Part shown: positions 37,914 to 46,143 of the stretch, in pieces | How positions within the stretch are numbered: the first letter of the stretch is position 1 | Layout of the letters: every line of letters begins with the position of its first letter | From: a virus | Virus genome (UHGV): UHGV-0072281 | DNA: 64,000 nucleotides | Direction: 5' to 3' (one strand) | Notes under the pieces: model-generated | What the model was told of the DNA's origin: nothing | What the model saw: the letters and a program-made list of their open reading frames with translations, nothing else | The model's database searches: none | Translations under genes and position numbers: made by a program

Positions 37914-38253
37914 TGAACCACTGGATAACAGCGACATCTTACAAATCTGTTATCAGTGTCACGAAATCGGTGGTAGTGAACTTACGCGGGTTAATAAACT
38001 GCTGTGGCTGATTCCAGAAATCGAATTACCGTTCGTTAAACCGAGTTTGTGGCGTCGTGGTGCGTGTCGCGAAGCGTATATGCTGTCAAAGTTTAACATT
38101 AATCTGGAGAAGGTCTGGGAGAAGATGAACGACGGCCAAACCAGAGAACAGATTACTCACACGCTGGAATTGCACCTTGCCATGAAACGCCTCGGTCTCG
38201 AACACGAAGGACTGGAGTCCGTTATCAGTCAATGGGTGAAAAGGAATCGTTAA
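37879..38253 (+). CDS. hypothetical protein
   Basis: 124 aa; AAGGAG SD; overlaps previous ORF by 35 nt. Confidence 0.55.
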   Translation: MLPGTQTPYLFSEPLDNSDILQICYQCHEIGGSELTRVNKLLWLIPEIELPFVKPSLWRRGACREAYMLSKFNINLEKVWEKMNDGQTREQITHTLELHLAMKRLGLEHEGLESVISQWVKRNR

Positions 38254-38326
38254 TGTCTAAAACGTATATAGCGATTTTGGTTGAGTTGGCGATTGGTGGA
38301 ACGCGGTTTATCCCTGTGCATCAATT

Positions 38327-38851
38327 ATGCTTACCTCACTCGGTAAGACCGTTATGCTAACGATACTTCCAGAATCGGTTATTGACAACGACCTGTTTAA
38401 CGCCCCTGAGCGCTTCAAGGTCGTTACGATAAATTGTGTAGGGGCAATGGGTCGGGGTATCGCTTTAGCGTGCAGAGAACGCTATCCTGGGCTTTATCAG
38501 GACTACCGAGAACGTTGCTTCGCTAACGAGATACGAATAGGGAATGTGTACGTTTATCCCGAGGAAAACTGCATTCTCTTACCAACTAAAACACATTGGA
38601 AACTGAAATCCCAGGTTTCTTATGTTATCGCGGGTATCACCGCGTTGGCAGATGCCGCAGAAAACTTAGAGGGTGGGGTGGCTTTACCGCCGTTAGGGAT
38701 GGCCAACGGTTGGTTGACAAAAGCTGAATGTCAACAAATCTTTTTGTTTATCGAAAAGAAACTCGTACCGAGGAGACAACAATACTGTTTCTATTTACCT
38801 GATCCGCTTTACCAAGAAGCAAAACCTTTAATTCCAAACCTTTTTAAATAG
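38327..38851 (+). CDS. macrodomain protein (putative ADP-ribose-binding/hydrolase, TARG1/DarG-like)
   Basis: 174 aa; INCVGAMGRGIALACRERYPGLY and later ALPPLGMANGWL resemble macrodomain signatures as remembered; start may be ATG 38354. Confidence 0.55.
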   Translation: MLTSLGKTVMLTILPESVIDNDLFNAPERFKVVTINCVGAMGRGIALACRERYPGLYQDYRERCFANEIRIGNVYVYPEENCILLPTKTHWKLKSQVSYVIAGITALADAAENLEGGVALPPLGMANGWLTKAECQQIFLFIEKKLVPRRQQYCFYLPDPLYQEAKPLIPNLFK

Positions 38852-38866
38852 ATATTATCATTAGGG
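38850..38866 (+). promoter_or_regulatory. AGATATTAT motif overlapping stop codon of macrodomain gene
   Basis: tagatattatcattaggg; same TAGATATTAT core at 48321. Confidence 0.25.
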
Positions 38867-38951
38867 CACACAACAAAGGAGTACCAGCTGTCCGCGCCGT
38901 GATTTCGTTCTACGGAATACGGAAATGTATAAATCCAACTGGAGAACTAGT

Positions 38952-39638
38952 ATGTTTCGTATCTTCTTTCTTTTACTGGTAACACTTTTCGCGTTTAACG
39001 CATACGCATCCAAATCCGCGCCCAGTACCAAACACCATCGTGAATTCGAAATGATTCAAGACCGTTTCGAACGGGTAAAACCGTTGATTGTGGAAATCTC
39101 TCGAAAGCAGGGTGTTGATCCTAATTTGATGACCACGCTAATCTATCGAGAGTCACGGTTTAATCCGAAAGCGTATAATCGAACGTCTAAAGCGCACAGT
39201 CTGGTTCAGATGCTGCCGAGCACAAAGCGTAATTTGCTAAAACTCTACGGTGCCGAAATCGGACTTAGCCGCAATGCAGATTTGTACAATCCTCGTAATG
39301 CGGTGCTATTGGCTTCCGTCTACGTTAAACATTTAGAAAAGGGGTTAACTAAACGACTCAAACGCAAGCCCACTATTGCAGAAATAGCATTGGCTTATCA
39401 CTGGGGTGAAAGCGGTGCACACGCCAGGATTAAAAGCAAGTCTCGGGCAGCACAACGAGAAATGGCGAGCTTTATGAAAGATGCAACGTTCTACAGTGCA
39501 AAAATCAACAAGCCTGTAGCATCTCGTCAGCTTGCGTTTGCGAAGAAACCAGAACGCCAGATTCAGTTAGCAGAAGTTAACCGAATTTGGGATACGATAA
39601 ACACCAGTTTTCCATTTAAACAAGGAGTCACCCTTTGA
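38952..39638 (+). CDS. lytic transglycosylase (SLT-like domain) with signal peptide
   Basis: ORF 38925..39638; start moved to ATG 38952 after GGAGAA; MFRIFFLLLVTLFAFNAYAS signal-like; YRESRFNPKAYNRTSKAHSLVQMLPST resembles SLT catalytic region. Confidence 0.6.
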   Translation: MFRIFFLLLVTLFAFNAYASKSAPSTKHHREFEMIQDRFERVKPLIVEISRKQGVDPNLMTTLIYRESRFNPKAYNRTSKAHSLVQMLPSTKRNLLKLYGAEIGLSRNADLYNPRNAVLLASVYVKHLEKGLTKRLKRKPTIAEIALAYHWGESGAHARIKSKSRAAQREMASFMKDATFYSAKINKPVASRQLAFAKKPERQIQLAEVNRIWDTINTSFPFKQGVTL

Positions 39639-40144
39639 GCATCGTTGTAACCGATTGGTATAAAGGTATCACTAAGGCTACCCAAATTACTGCCCAGGAC
39701 GTGTACAGTATCGTTCGTAGCAGTAGCGAAGACCAGATAAAGTCCGACGAAGACTTTGCAACGCGTCATGAGTTTTACGATGCCCTTAAAACGGCTTTCG
39801 GTGATGACGAAGAAGAAGGCTTAGAGTTTGACTGGAACGTCAACCTTGCCTTGTTGTGGATTTGCGGATTACGTCCGAGTGTGAAAGACACGGAGCAAGG
39901 GAAAGTTCTGTTGTGGCACTACACCGGTAAATACAATCCGAACCAGGTCTTTAAAGAAGCGTATATGGAAGCCACTGTAGAGTTACAGAATCTGCTGTTG
40001 GGTGAGAACACCTACTGTCAACGCAGCTTCCTGACGATTCTGGAGAAACTGGCGTCTACACACAAAATCTGGCGTCAGGCAGATGCCCCTGAACACATCT
40101 TCGTTCTGGAATTTGCTGTGATTCCAAACCAGCCGTTCTTTTAA
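39635..40144 (+). CDS. hypothetical protein
   Basis: 169 aa with TTG start after AAGGAG; followed by terminator. Confidence 0.5.
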   Translation: MSIVVTDWYKGITKATQITAQDVYSIVRSSSEDQIKSDEDFATRHEFYDALKTAFGDDEEEGLEFDWNVNLALLWICGLRPSVKDTEQGKVLLWHYTGKYNPNQVFKEAYMEATVELQNLLLGENTYCQRSFLTILEKLASTHKIWRQADAPEHIFVLEFAVIPNQPFF

Positions 40145-40150
40145 TACTTG

Positions 40151-40188
40151 CCCCTAATCCGATTGGATTAGGGGTACTTTTATTTATT
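40151..40188 (+). terminator. intrinsic terminator
   Basis: cccctaatcc-gatt-ggattagggg then tacttttatttatt. Confidence 0.7.
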
Positions 40189-40207
40189 CCCCTAAAGGAG
40201 AAAAGGT

Positions 40208-40687
40208 ATGTTGAAGTTTATCTGGCGTTACCCAACCCGATTTTGGTTCGTGGTATTAGAGGTAATCACCGTTCTACTGTTAGTGACATTCGTAAACGCC
40301 CCTACGAAACAAATGGTGATTTTCTGTGTATTCGTCGCTATACCGTTGTGGGTATTTGCAAAGATTATTAAGTTTTACATGATAAGCTGGGCGAACTACA
40401 CCTGTCCATTTAAACCCAGAGAAATCATGAACTGGTTGATGTATATCGAAGACCGTTTACCCGCTCAGTCTAAAACGTTAGGCTGGCAATCGATGTTGGA
40501 TATTGCGCTAGAAACAAACGCAAAATTCCCTGGGTCAAAGAATCCTTATTTGCTGCTGGCTGTTATTGTTGCCCAGCAGAAACGTGCAGGCGAACGTTGG
40601 TTACCGAAAGAAGCGAAAGAGTATATTCGTAAACATCCGAAGGCTTTCTATTCCGTAGGTCAATGGCGTAACCTCCCACTCTTTTAA
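40208..40687 (+). CDS. membrane protein (multiple hydrophobic helices)
   Basis: 159 aa; CTAAAGGAG SD; N-terminal half hydrophobic. Confidence 0.6.
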   Translation: MLKFIWRYPTRFWFVVLEVITVLLLVTFVNAPTKQMVIFCVFVAIPLWVFAKIIKFYMISWANYTCPFKPREIMNWLMYIEDRLPAQSKTLGWQSMLDIALETNAKFPGSKNPYLLLAVIVAQQKRAGERWLPKEAKEYIRKHPKAFYSVGQWRNLPLF

Positions 40688-40740
40688 CTTTTTTACAAAA
40701 CCCTTAGTTGATTTGAATAAACCTAAAGAGGACTATTAAA

Positions 40741-41676
40741 ATGACTTTTCCATCTGAAGTAATTTACGAACTGGCTAACACACTACGTCGTCACTATAGC
40801 GCCAAGATGATGCAAACCCATGTGGGTGCGACCGCTGACTTTTTGCGCGGCCATTTCCTGGGCAATAACCCGCCATCTATTACACAGGAAACGGTTTTCT
40901 CTATCGATCGTGCCTCCTTAATTCTTCCAATCGACCACGCCATTGCGGTTCAAGAAGGGAATACGTTCAACTTCTCTATGGGAATGCGACGTTCGTCTAT
41001 CGCCGTTAACTCAAACATGGGAAATAACCAGTCTTTCGTACAGAACACGCACTCTGCAGAACACGGTAACTGGTTCGTTGTTGTAGAACAAGGCGTGAAT
41101 CAGTATGACGTTGTTGCAGCTCGCGATGAATCTTTCTTTGAGCTGGGACAGATTTCTCGCCGTCGTGAAATTGCGCTTGACCTACGTCAAGGTAATATCG
41201 GATTAAGTGGGACCAGTGTCTATTTCATCCTGAGCAGTTGGGCACATGTAAGTTATGTGCTGAAAAATGCCAGTCCGACGTTCCACGCAACGACGGTAGA
41301 ATTTCGTGGCCTTGAGATAGAATATCGTGACGAAGAAGAAACGGTACCTGGCACAGAGGTCGCCATTTGTGAAAACTACGATGATCTGAAATCTGTGCTT
41401 GTTAAGCGTGATGTTTTCGAATCGTTAAACTTGGATTTCCCCGGCGATGAAAATGAAATATCCGTAGCTGACCTGGTAGAAACATTGTGTCAGAAAGACC
41501 AAGCTAACGAAATTAGCGACGAAGAAGCAGAACTCTTCCAAGTTCAACAACTCATCAGCAAGGTTATCGGCGGTCAGGAAATTGTTGACACCCTTATGGC
41601 TTTACCACCGAAGAAACGTACTCAAAAGTACATTCGTGAACTGGTTCTTGAAAACCTGGGTCAAGCCAAAAAGTAA
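40741..41676 (+). CDS. hypothetical protein, paralog family C member 1
   Basis: 311 aa; AAGAGG SD; MTFPSEVIYELANTLRRHYS and VYFILSSW motifs mirrored in next gene. Confidence 0.6.
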   Translation: MTFPSEVIYELANTLRRHYSAKMMQTHVGATADFLRGHFLGNNPPSITQETVFSIDRASLILPIDHAIAVQEGNTFNFSMGMRRSSIAVNSNMGNNQSFVQNTHSAEHGNWFVVVEQGVNQYDVVAARDESFFELGQISRRREIALDLRQGNIGLSGTSVYFILSSWAHVSYVLKNASPTFHATTVEFRGLEIEYRDEEETVPGTEVAICENYDDLKSVLVKRDVFESLNLDFPGDENEISVADLVETLCQKDQANEISDEEAELFQVQQLISKVIGGQEIVDTLMALPPKKRTQKYIRELVLENLGQAKK

Positions 41677-41684
41677 TTTAAATC

Positions 41685-41718
41685 CCCTACTCCCGGAGGA
41701 GTAGGGTTAATTCTTTTT
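41685..41718 (+). terminator. intrinsic terminator (CCCTACTCC stem family)
   Basis: ccctactcc-cgga-ggagtaggg then ttaattcttttt. Confidence 0.7.
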
Positions 41719-41737
41719 CCATCTTAGGAGTATTAAA

Positions 41738-42286
41738 ATGTTTCCATCATCTGAATATTTAACCCACCTGGCTTACGGTATTCGTCGAGGTTCTGTTTTC
41801 CGTACACGTTTAAAGGACGTAAATTTCCTGGCTAATTTCTTATTTAACCATTTGGGAGATGGAACTAACGTTTACAAAAAGATCACCACAACACAACTTT
41901 ATTCCCTTATAGCGGCGTCTGAAATTGTACCTACAGATATTTGGCGATTCAAGCGTTATAACGGAGATATTACGATCAGTTTTCTTGATCATTCTCCTAT
42001 TACCGTTGAAATCGTCGAACGCGTTGATATTAATAGTGAAGTGTCTGGTTGGAAGATTCTGTTTGATTGTGGCAATCGTTATGCGGTACTTGGCTCCTCT
42101 GATGAACGTGACTTCCCATTCGACAAACCCTACTACTACCTCAGCGAAGATGATTTCCCGGATAAAGAATCCAATATCTTTTTAAACGGGGATACCGTTT
42201 ACTTCATTTTTCGTACTTGGAACGATGTTGCTGCTATGATTGCTCAAGGTGTCATCGATTACCGTAAACTAGAAGTCGACATTTAA
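41738..42286 (+). CDS. hypothetical protein, paralog family C member 2
   Basis: 182 aa; AGGAG SD; MFPSSEYLTHLAYGIRRGSV and VYFIFRTW. Confidence 0.6.
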   Translation: MFPSSEYLTHLAYGIRRGSVFRTRLKDVNFLANFLFNHLGDGTNVYKKITTTQLYSLIAASEIVPTDIWRFKRYNGDITISFLDHSPITVEIVERVDINSEVSGWKILFDCGNRYAVLGSSDERDFPFDKPYYYLSEDDFPDKESNIFLNGDTVYFIFRTWNDVAAMIAQGVIDYRKLEVDI

Positions 42287-42297
42287 AATAAAAGCTA

Positions 42298-42334
42298 CCC
42301 TACTCCTTTTCGGGAGTAGGGTAATTTCTTTTAG
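42298..42334. terminator. bidirectional intrinsic terminator (CCCTACTCC stem family)
   Basis: ccctactcc-ttttcg-ggagtaggg, T-rich 3' on plus, A-rich 5' (T-run for the convergent minus gene). Confidence 0.7.
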
Positions 42335-42954
42335 TTAACTAACCCGTTAGCTTTAAGAATCTCTAACATCTGGTTGTTTAACTCTTTTAATTTTTTGTTT
42401 TCGTTTGTCAACGAAATAACTTGTTCCGACAACGGAATAGCCTCTCGAATTTTCTTTTTCCGAGCCGCTTCCATTTGTAGGTGTTGCTCCTCCGTCACCT
42501 TCCCTTCATACTCCATGGTCGTGATTTCGACTTTCGGGTCGATACCCAACGTACGGGTGAGAATATCCGAAACGTCTTTAGTCATCACCGACACATCTAC
42601 ATAATCCGGTACAAACGATAAGTCCACCACCATCACATTACGCTGGTACGCGATTCCCGATAAACCGGGACACGATTCTACGTAAGTGTCGGGGATATAA
42701 ACGACTTGACCATCGCGTGATTTAAACGTAAGTATTGACGCGTTAACAGTGGCATCAGCAAGATATTCTTCTCGCTCCAACCCAACGGGCTTGTAATACT
42801 CGTTGTAAACATCAATATTCTGACGTACTAAATCTGGGAAGGTACGTGATGCCTCCACCGTGAAGATAACCGTTTCGGCTAACGTAAACGGTGTTTTTAC
42901 CTTAAATAAACCCGTTGTATTAACGGGAACCAAAAGAGGTAAACGCGTAGCCAT
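42331..42954 (-). CDS. hypothetical protein
   Basis: 207 aa; GAGGAG SD; 3-nt gap to upstream gene. Confidence 0.6.
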   Translation of the reverse strand: MATRLPLLVPVNTTGLFKVKTPFTLAETVIFTVEASRTFPDLVRQNIDVYNEYYKPVGLEREEYLADATVNASILTFKSRDGQVVYIPDTYVESCPGLSGIAYQRNVMVVDLSFVPDYVDVSVMTKDVSDILTRTLGIDPKVEITTMEYEGKVTEEQHLQMEAARKKKIREAIPLSEQVISLTNENKKLKELNNQMLEILKANGLVN

Positions 42955-42957
42955 TCA

Positions 42958-44331
42958 TTACTCCTCGTCGATTTCAGTATACCATTTCGCTTTACGAGAC
43001 AGTATGCGATATTCGACGTTATCGTATTCAAACACCCAGAAGTAGTTATCTGGATCGGCTTCATCAACGAGTTTCACGACGTCCAGACTGGTCTGATACG
43101 GATGGTATTCTTCCGCTGCTATTAACGCCTGGAAGAACAACGCTAACCACTCTGTGGTGGATTTCGACATTCGTGCAATGTCTGGGTTTGTTGTTGCAAT
43201 CAGTGCGTAGTCTGGTAACGTTTCGTGTAAGGTATTCTTACGAGTGTCGTTTTCAGGACCACTGATAACCACCATGTTCAGTGATTTATACACAGTAGGT
43301 AAATCGGTAACATCCGTTGTCGGTTTGCTTACCGTATTACTATTTCTTTCTGCAACAGACTGATCAGACCATTCCCCAAACTTTGTAATGGCTTTGACCC
43401 AGAAATCATATGGAAGGATGGGGGAATAGAGAGCCGCCACGTCTTCCTCATTCGGTATACCACGGATTTTCCACCCCGGAACCATTGTGAATTTCGTAGT
43501 GGTAAAGATCTCAGGGAATACCTTCACCCCAATCGGAACCGTAAAGCTGGAGTTTGCAAGAATATGTTCACGCAACGCTTGCTTTATTTTCGTTGGGTTT
43601 TTTCCTGCACGTCCGTAAATGATAACCGACATTGGAACAACCAGTGTTGACTCGTAGTTTTCTTGGTCATGCCAGGTGTAGTAGTTAGTTTGGATGGCAG
43701 TATACGGGAACCCTGCCATTAACTCGTTGATTTTCTTATGGTGTTCGGTAAGGTTAAACCCTTCCATCGCTTTTTCAACGACTGACTTTGTGGCCAAGAA
43801 TGTGTCGATTGGCTCAATCGGCATCTGTACTTCGATTTCAAAACCCGTGTAGTCCTGGTCGAAGTCTTCATCCGAGAACCAAACTATGATTTGGTTATCT
43901 ACATCAGTGTCATCTTGTACTTGATCTGCTGTTGCTTCATATTTCCAGCTCACCCAACGTGGGAACCAGTTACTGTTCGTCTGGATCATCGCACCGGACT
44001 GAACACCGGAAATGGTTGTTTGGAATTGGCCTAATAATAGGCGCTGGAATTCAAGTTCGTCATTTCTCAGATTCCCCAAGATGGCTTGCTGGTAAATCCA
44101 TTGAGAAACGGTTAGAATATGATCAGAAAACTCGGCTGGAACAACAACCGTCTGTTTTTCTCGTTTAGACGTAAATGTCACCAACTGCACTTGCAGATTG
44201 GATTTAGTAAACGTCTGTTTACTCTTCGCGTACGAGAGGGTCAGATCAGACAGCTCACCTACCGGAGCGGTGACGCCGTCCTGATTGTCAAACAGAGCCG
44301 GTATCTGAATAAAACCTTGTAAGTCTAACAT
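42958..44331 (-). CDS. hypothetical protein
   Basis: ORF 42958..44391; start moved to ATG 44331 (MLDLQGF) after GGAG; longer form would overlap divergent gene start. Confidence 0.55.
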   Translation of the reverse strand: MLDLQGFIQIPALFDNQDGVTAPVGELSDLTLSYAKSKQTFTKSNLQVQLVTFTSKREKQTVVVPAEFSDHILTVSQWIYQQAILGNLRNDELEFQRLLLGQFQTTISGVQSGAMIQTNSNWFPRWVSWKYEATADQVQDDTDVDNQIIVWFSDEDFDQDYTGFEIEVQMPIEPIDTFLATKSVVEKAMEGFNLTEHHKKINELMAGFPYTAIQTNYYTWHDQENYESTLVVPMSVIIYGRAGKNPTKIKQALREHILANSSFTVPIGVKVFPEIFTTTKFTMVPGWKIRGIPNEEDVAALYSPILPYDFWVKAITKFGEWSDQSVAERNSNTVSKPTTDVTDLPTVYKSLNMVVISGPENDTRKNTLHETLPDYALIATTNPDIARMSKSTTEWLALFFQALIAAEEYHPYQTSLDVVKLVDEADPDNYFWVFEYDNVEYRILSRKAKWYTEIDEE

Positions 44332-44356
44332 AATTAAAAATACTCCGAGGTGAGCA

Positions 44357-44860
44357 ATGGGTTCATTTCTTAAAGTGCTTCCGTTCTTCATTCAGATGTT
44401 GATGGAAGCATTTAAACCAGGAGAAGGAGAAAACGTATCAAGAGCAAACAAGATAATGACTTTAATCATCACGGTCTTGTTATCCTACTCGGCTTTCGTC
44501 TCCTATGCGTACGTAGTGCAGTTTCACAAGCTCGTTACAGTACAATCGCATGATCAATACATGTCGCAATCTTACCAAGAGATGAAGCAAGATCGTGACA
44601 AACTGAAAGATGATAATGGTAGATTATACGACAAGCTCTTTATTTGCCTCGGCCAGAAACCGCCATATGAAAGCGGGTACAGCTCGGTAAAAGAAGACGT
44701 CTCTGCCAAAGATTTAACACCTAAGAAACCAGAAACTCCTGTTAGCCCAGCTTCAACACCAGAACAACGCAAAGAAGCTTCGGCACGACCTGTTGGTAGT
44801 CAAGACGCTAACAGTTTCCGTCAGGAGATCATAAAGACGTTATCGTCACCTAAGGAGTAA
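44357..44860 (+). CDS. membrane-anchored protein with charged coiled-coil-like tail
   Basis: 167 aa; GAGGTGA SD; hydrophobic segment IMTLIITVLLSYSAFVSYAYVV then K/D/E-rich region. Confidence 0.6.
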   Translation: MGSFLKVLPFFIQMLMEAFKPGEGENVSRANKIMTLIITVLLSYSAFVSYAYVVQFHKLVTVQSHDQYMSQSYQEMKQDRDKLKDDNGRLYDKLFICLGQKPPYESGYSSVKEDVSAKDLTPKKPETPVSPASTPEQRKEASARPVGSQDANSFRQEIIKTLSSPKE

Positions 44861-44863
44861 CTG

Positions 44864-45319
44864 ATGAAATCGCTGTTATTCATCATGATTTTGTGCGTGG
44901 GTTTGGTGAGTAATAGCTATGGAGAACCCGGTAAACGGTCATCCTATACTGCGTTACAGCCTCCGCCAGCGCCACCTATCATGTTAAATTGGAAAATTGA
45001 TAAAGACGCGATGCGGGAATATGTTGCGGATGTGAATACATACGCTTATTACGTTTATCTCTACACACGAAACTTAAATCAGCAAGCAGTCAAACGCGGG
45101 TGGAATCCACCGATGTTAGCACCTATCTGCGAACGGTTTGAAATTCCTAAATTACATTCCGTTCCAGAAAAGATGCTATTAGACGAGAAAGCGTTAACGC
45201 CACAAGAAATCAGTCGGGATTTATCACGTAAACTGAATTCGTTGTTGTGGAATTATCGCTCTGACCGGCAAGCTTTATTAGACGCCTACGATCAGTATCT
45301 GACAACGTGTTTGAACTGA
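44864..45319 (+). CDS. secreted proline-rich protein
   Basis: 151 aa; AAGGAG SD; MKSLLFIMILCVGLVSNSYG signal-like then QPPPAPP; followed by terminator. Confidence 0.6.
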   Translation: MKSLLFIMILCVGLVSNSYGEPGKRSSYTALQPPPAPPIMLNWKIDKDAMREYVADVNTYAYYVYLYTRNLNQQAVKRGWNPPMLAPICERFEIPKLHSVPEKMLLDEKALTPQEISRDLSRKLNSLLWNYRSDRQALLDAYDQYLTTCLN

Positions 45320-45324
45320 CAACG

Positions 45325-45365
45325 CCTCCTGTATCCTTCGGGGTACAGGAGGTATTTTCTTTTTA
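45325..45365 (+). terminator. intrinsic terminator
   Basis: cctcctgtatcc-ttcg-gggtacaggagg (one mismatch) then tattttcttttt. Confidence 0.65.
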
Positions 45366-45406
45366 ACGTTTAACCCCCTTCTAATGTATAGAGAAAGGAG
45401 CTTAAC

Positions 45407-46141
45407 ATGACATACCCGAAAACGATTCAACCCACCTTACCGACGCTGGTAATTGGTGCTGACGCAGAAACCAAATCACTGCGTCCTGATGCGTATTTGT
45501 TAACCACAGGCTTAGTTGCCTTTGACGTACCGACTTTAAAAATGGTAGGGTCGTCGTATATGCGTATTGATCCTAACGACCCTAAAGCAAAAGCTGTGTT
45601 CCACGAAGACCCGCAAACCGTGGGGTGGTGGGAAGGTAAAGGAGAACCTGAATACGCACCGTCTCGTGAAGCCTACACGGAAGCATGGGGTGGTACAACT
45701 CCTATGCCGGAAGCGCTGTGGGCAATGCGGAAGTGGTTAGACGAAATCACCGGCAAACACAATTTCGTTATTACCATGCGTGGGCCAGATTTCGATTCTC
45801 CAATTTTCATGAACGCGTTCGCACAATGTGACGTCCCTCCAGGTAAGTTCCGTAAGTTTAGTGCGTTAGACAGCGACCGCACCGCAGAGCGTTTAGCGCT
45901 GGCGTTTGGTTTTGAGCCTGACTTGACCGTTGAGCAAGTTTACTGGACGCGGGGTAAACCGGCATTTGAACACCATGCTTTGTGGGACGCTGCGAAAGAA
46001 GCGTACACCACCGCACGTATTTATCACCTTGCACTGATTACCCGCGAGTATGGGTACGAACGTGCTAAAGCCTGTCACGAAGAACTGAAAACCGGTGAGT
46101 ATATTCCACCACAGATTCGTGATCAGTTAACCAGGGATTAA
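45407..46141 (+). CDS. DEDDh-type 3'-5' exonuclease (DnaQ-like fold)
   Basis: 244 aa; AAGGAG SD; VIGADAETKS (Exo I D-x-E), GPDFDSPIF (Exo II), HHALWDA (Exo III). Confidence 0.7.
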   Translation: MTYPKTIQPTLPTLVIGADAETKSLRPDAYLLTTGLVAFDVPTLKMVGSSYMRIDPNDPKAKAVFHEDPQTVGWWEGKGEPEYAPSREAYTEAWGGTTPMPEALWAMRKWLDEITGKHNFVITMRGPDFDSPIFMNAFAQCDVPPGKFRKFSALDSDRTAERLALAFGFEPDLTVEQVYWTRGKPAFEHHALWDAAKEAYTTARIYHLALITREYGYERAKACHEELKTGEYIPPQIRDQLTRD

Positions 46142-46143
46142 GA

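Noticed and set aside
44357-45319. Possible i-spanin/o-spanin pair
   Set aside because: The second protein is proline-rich with a signal peptide but has no canonical lipobox (residues before the Cys are M-I-L), and no holin or endolysin is adjacent; left as membrane and secreted proteins.
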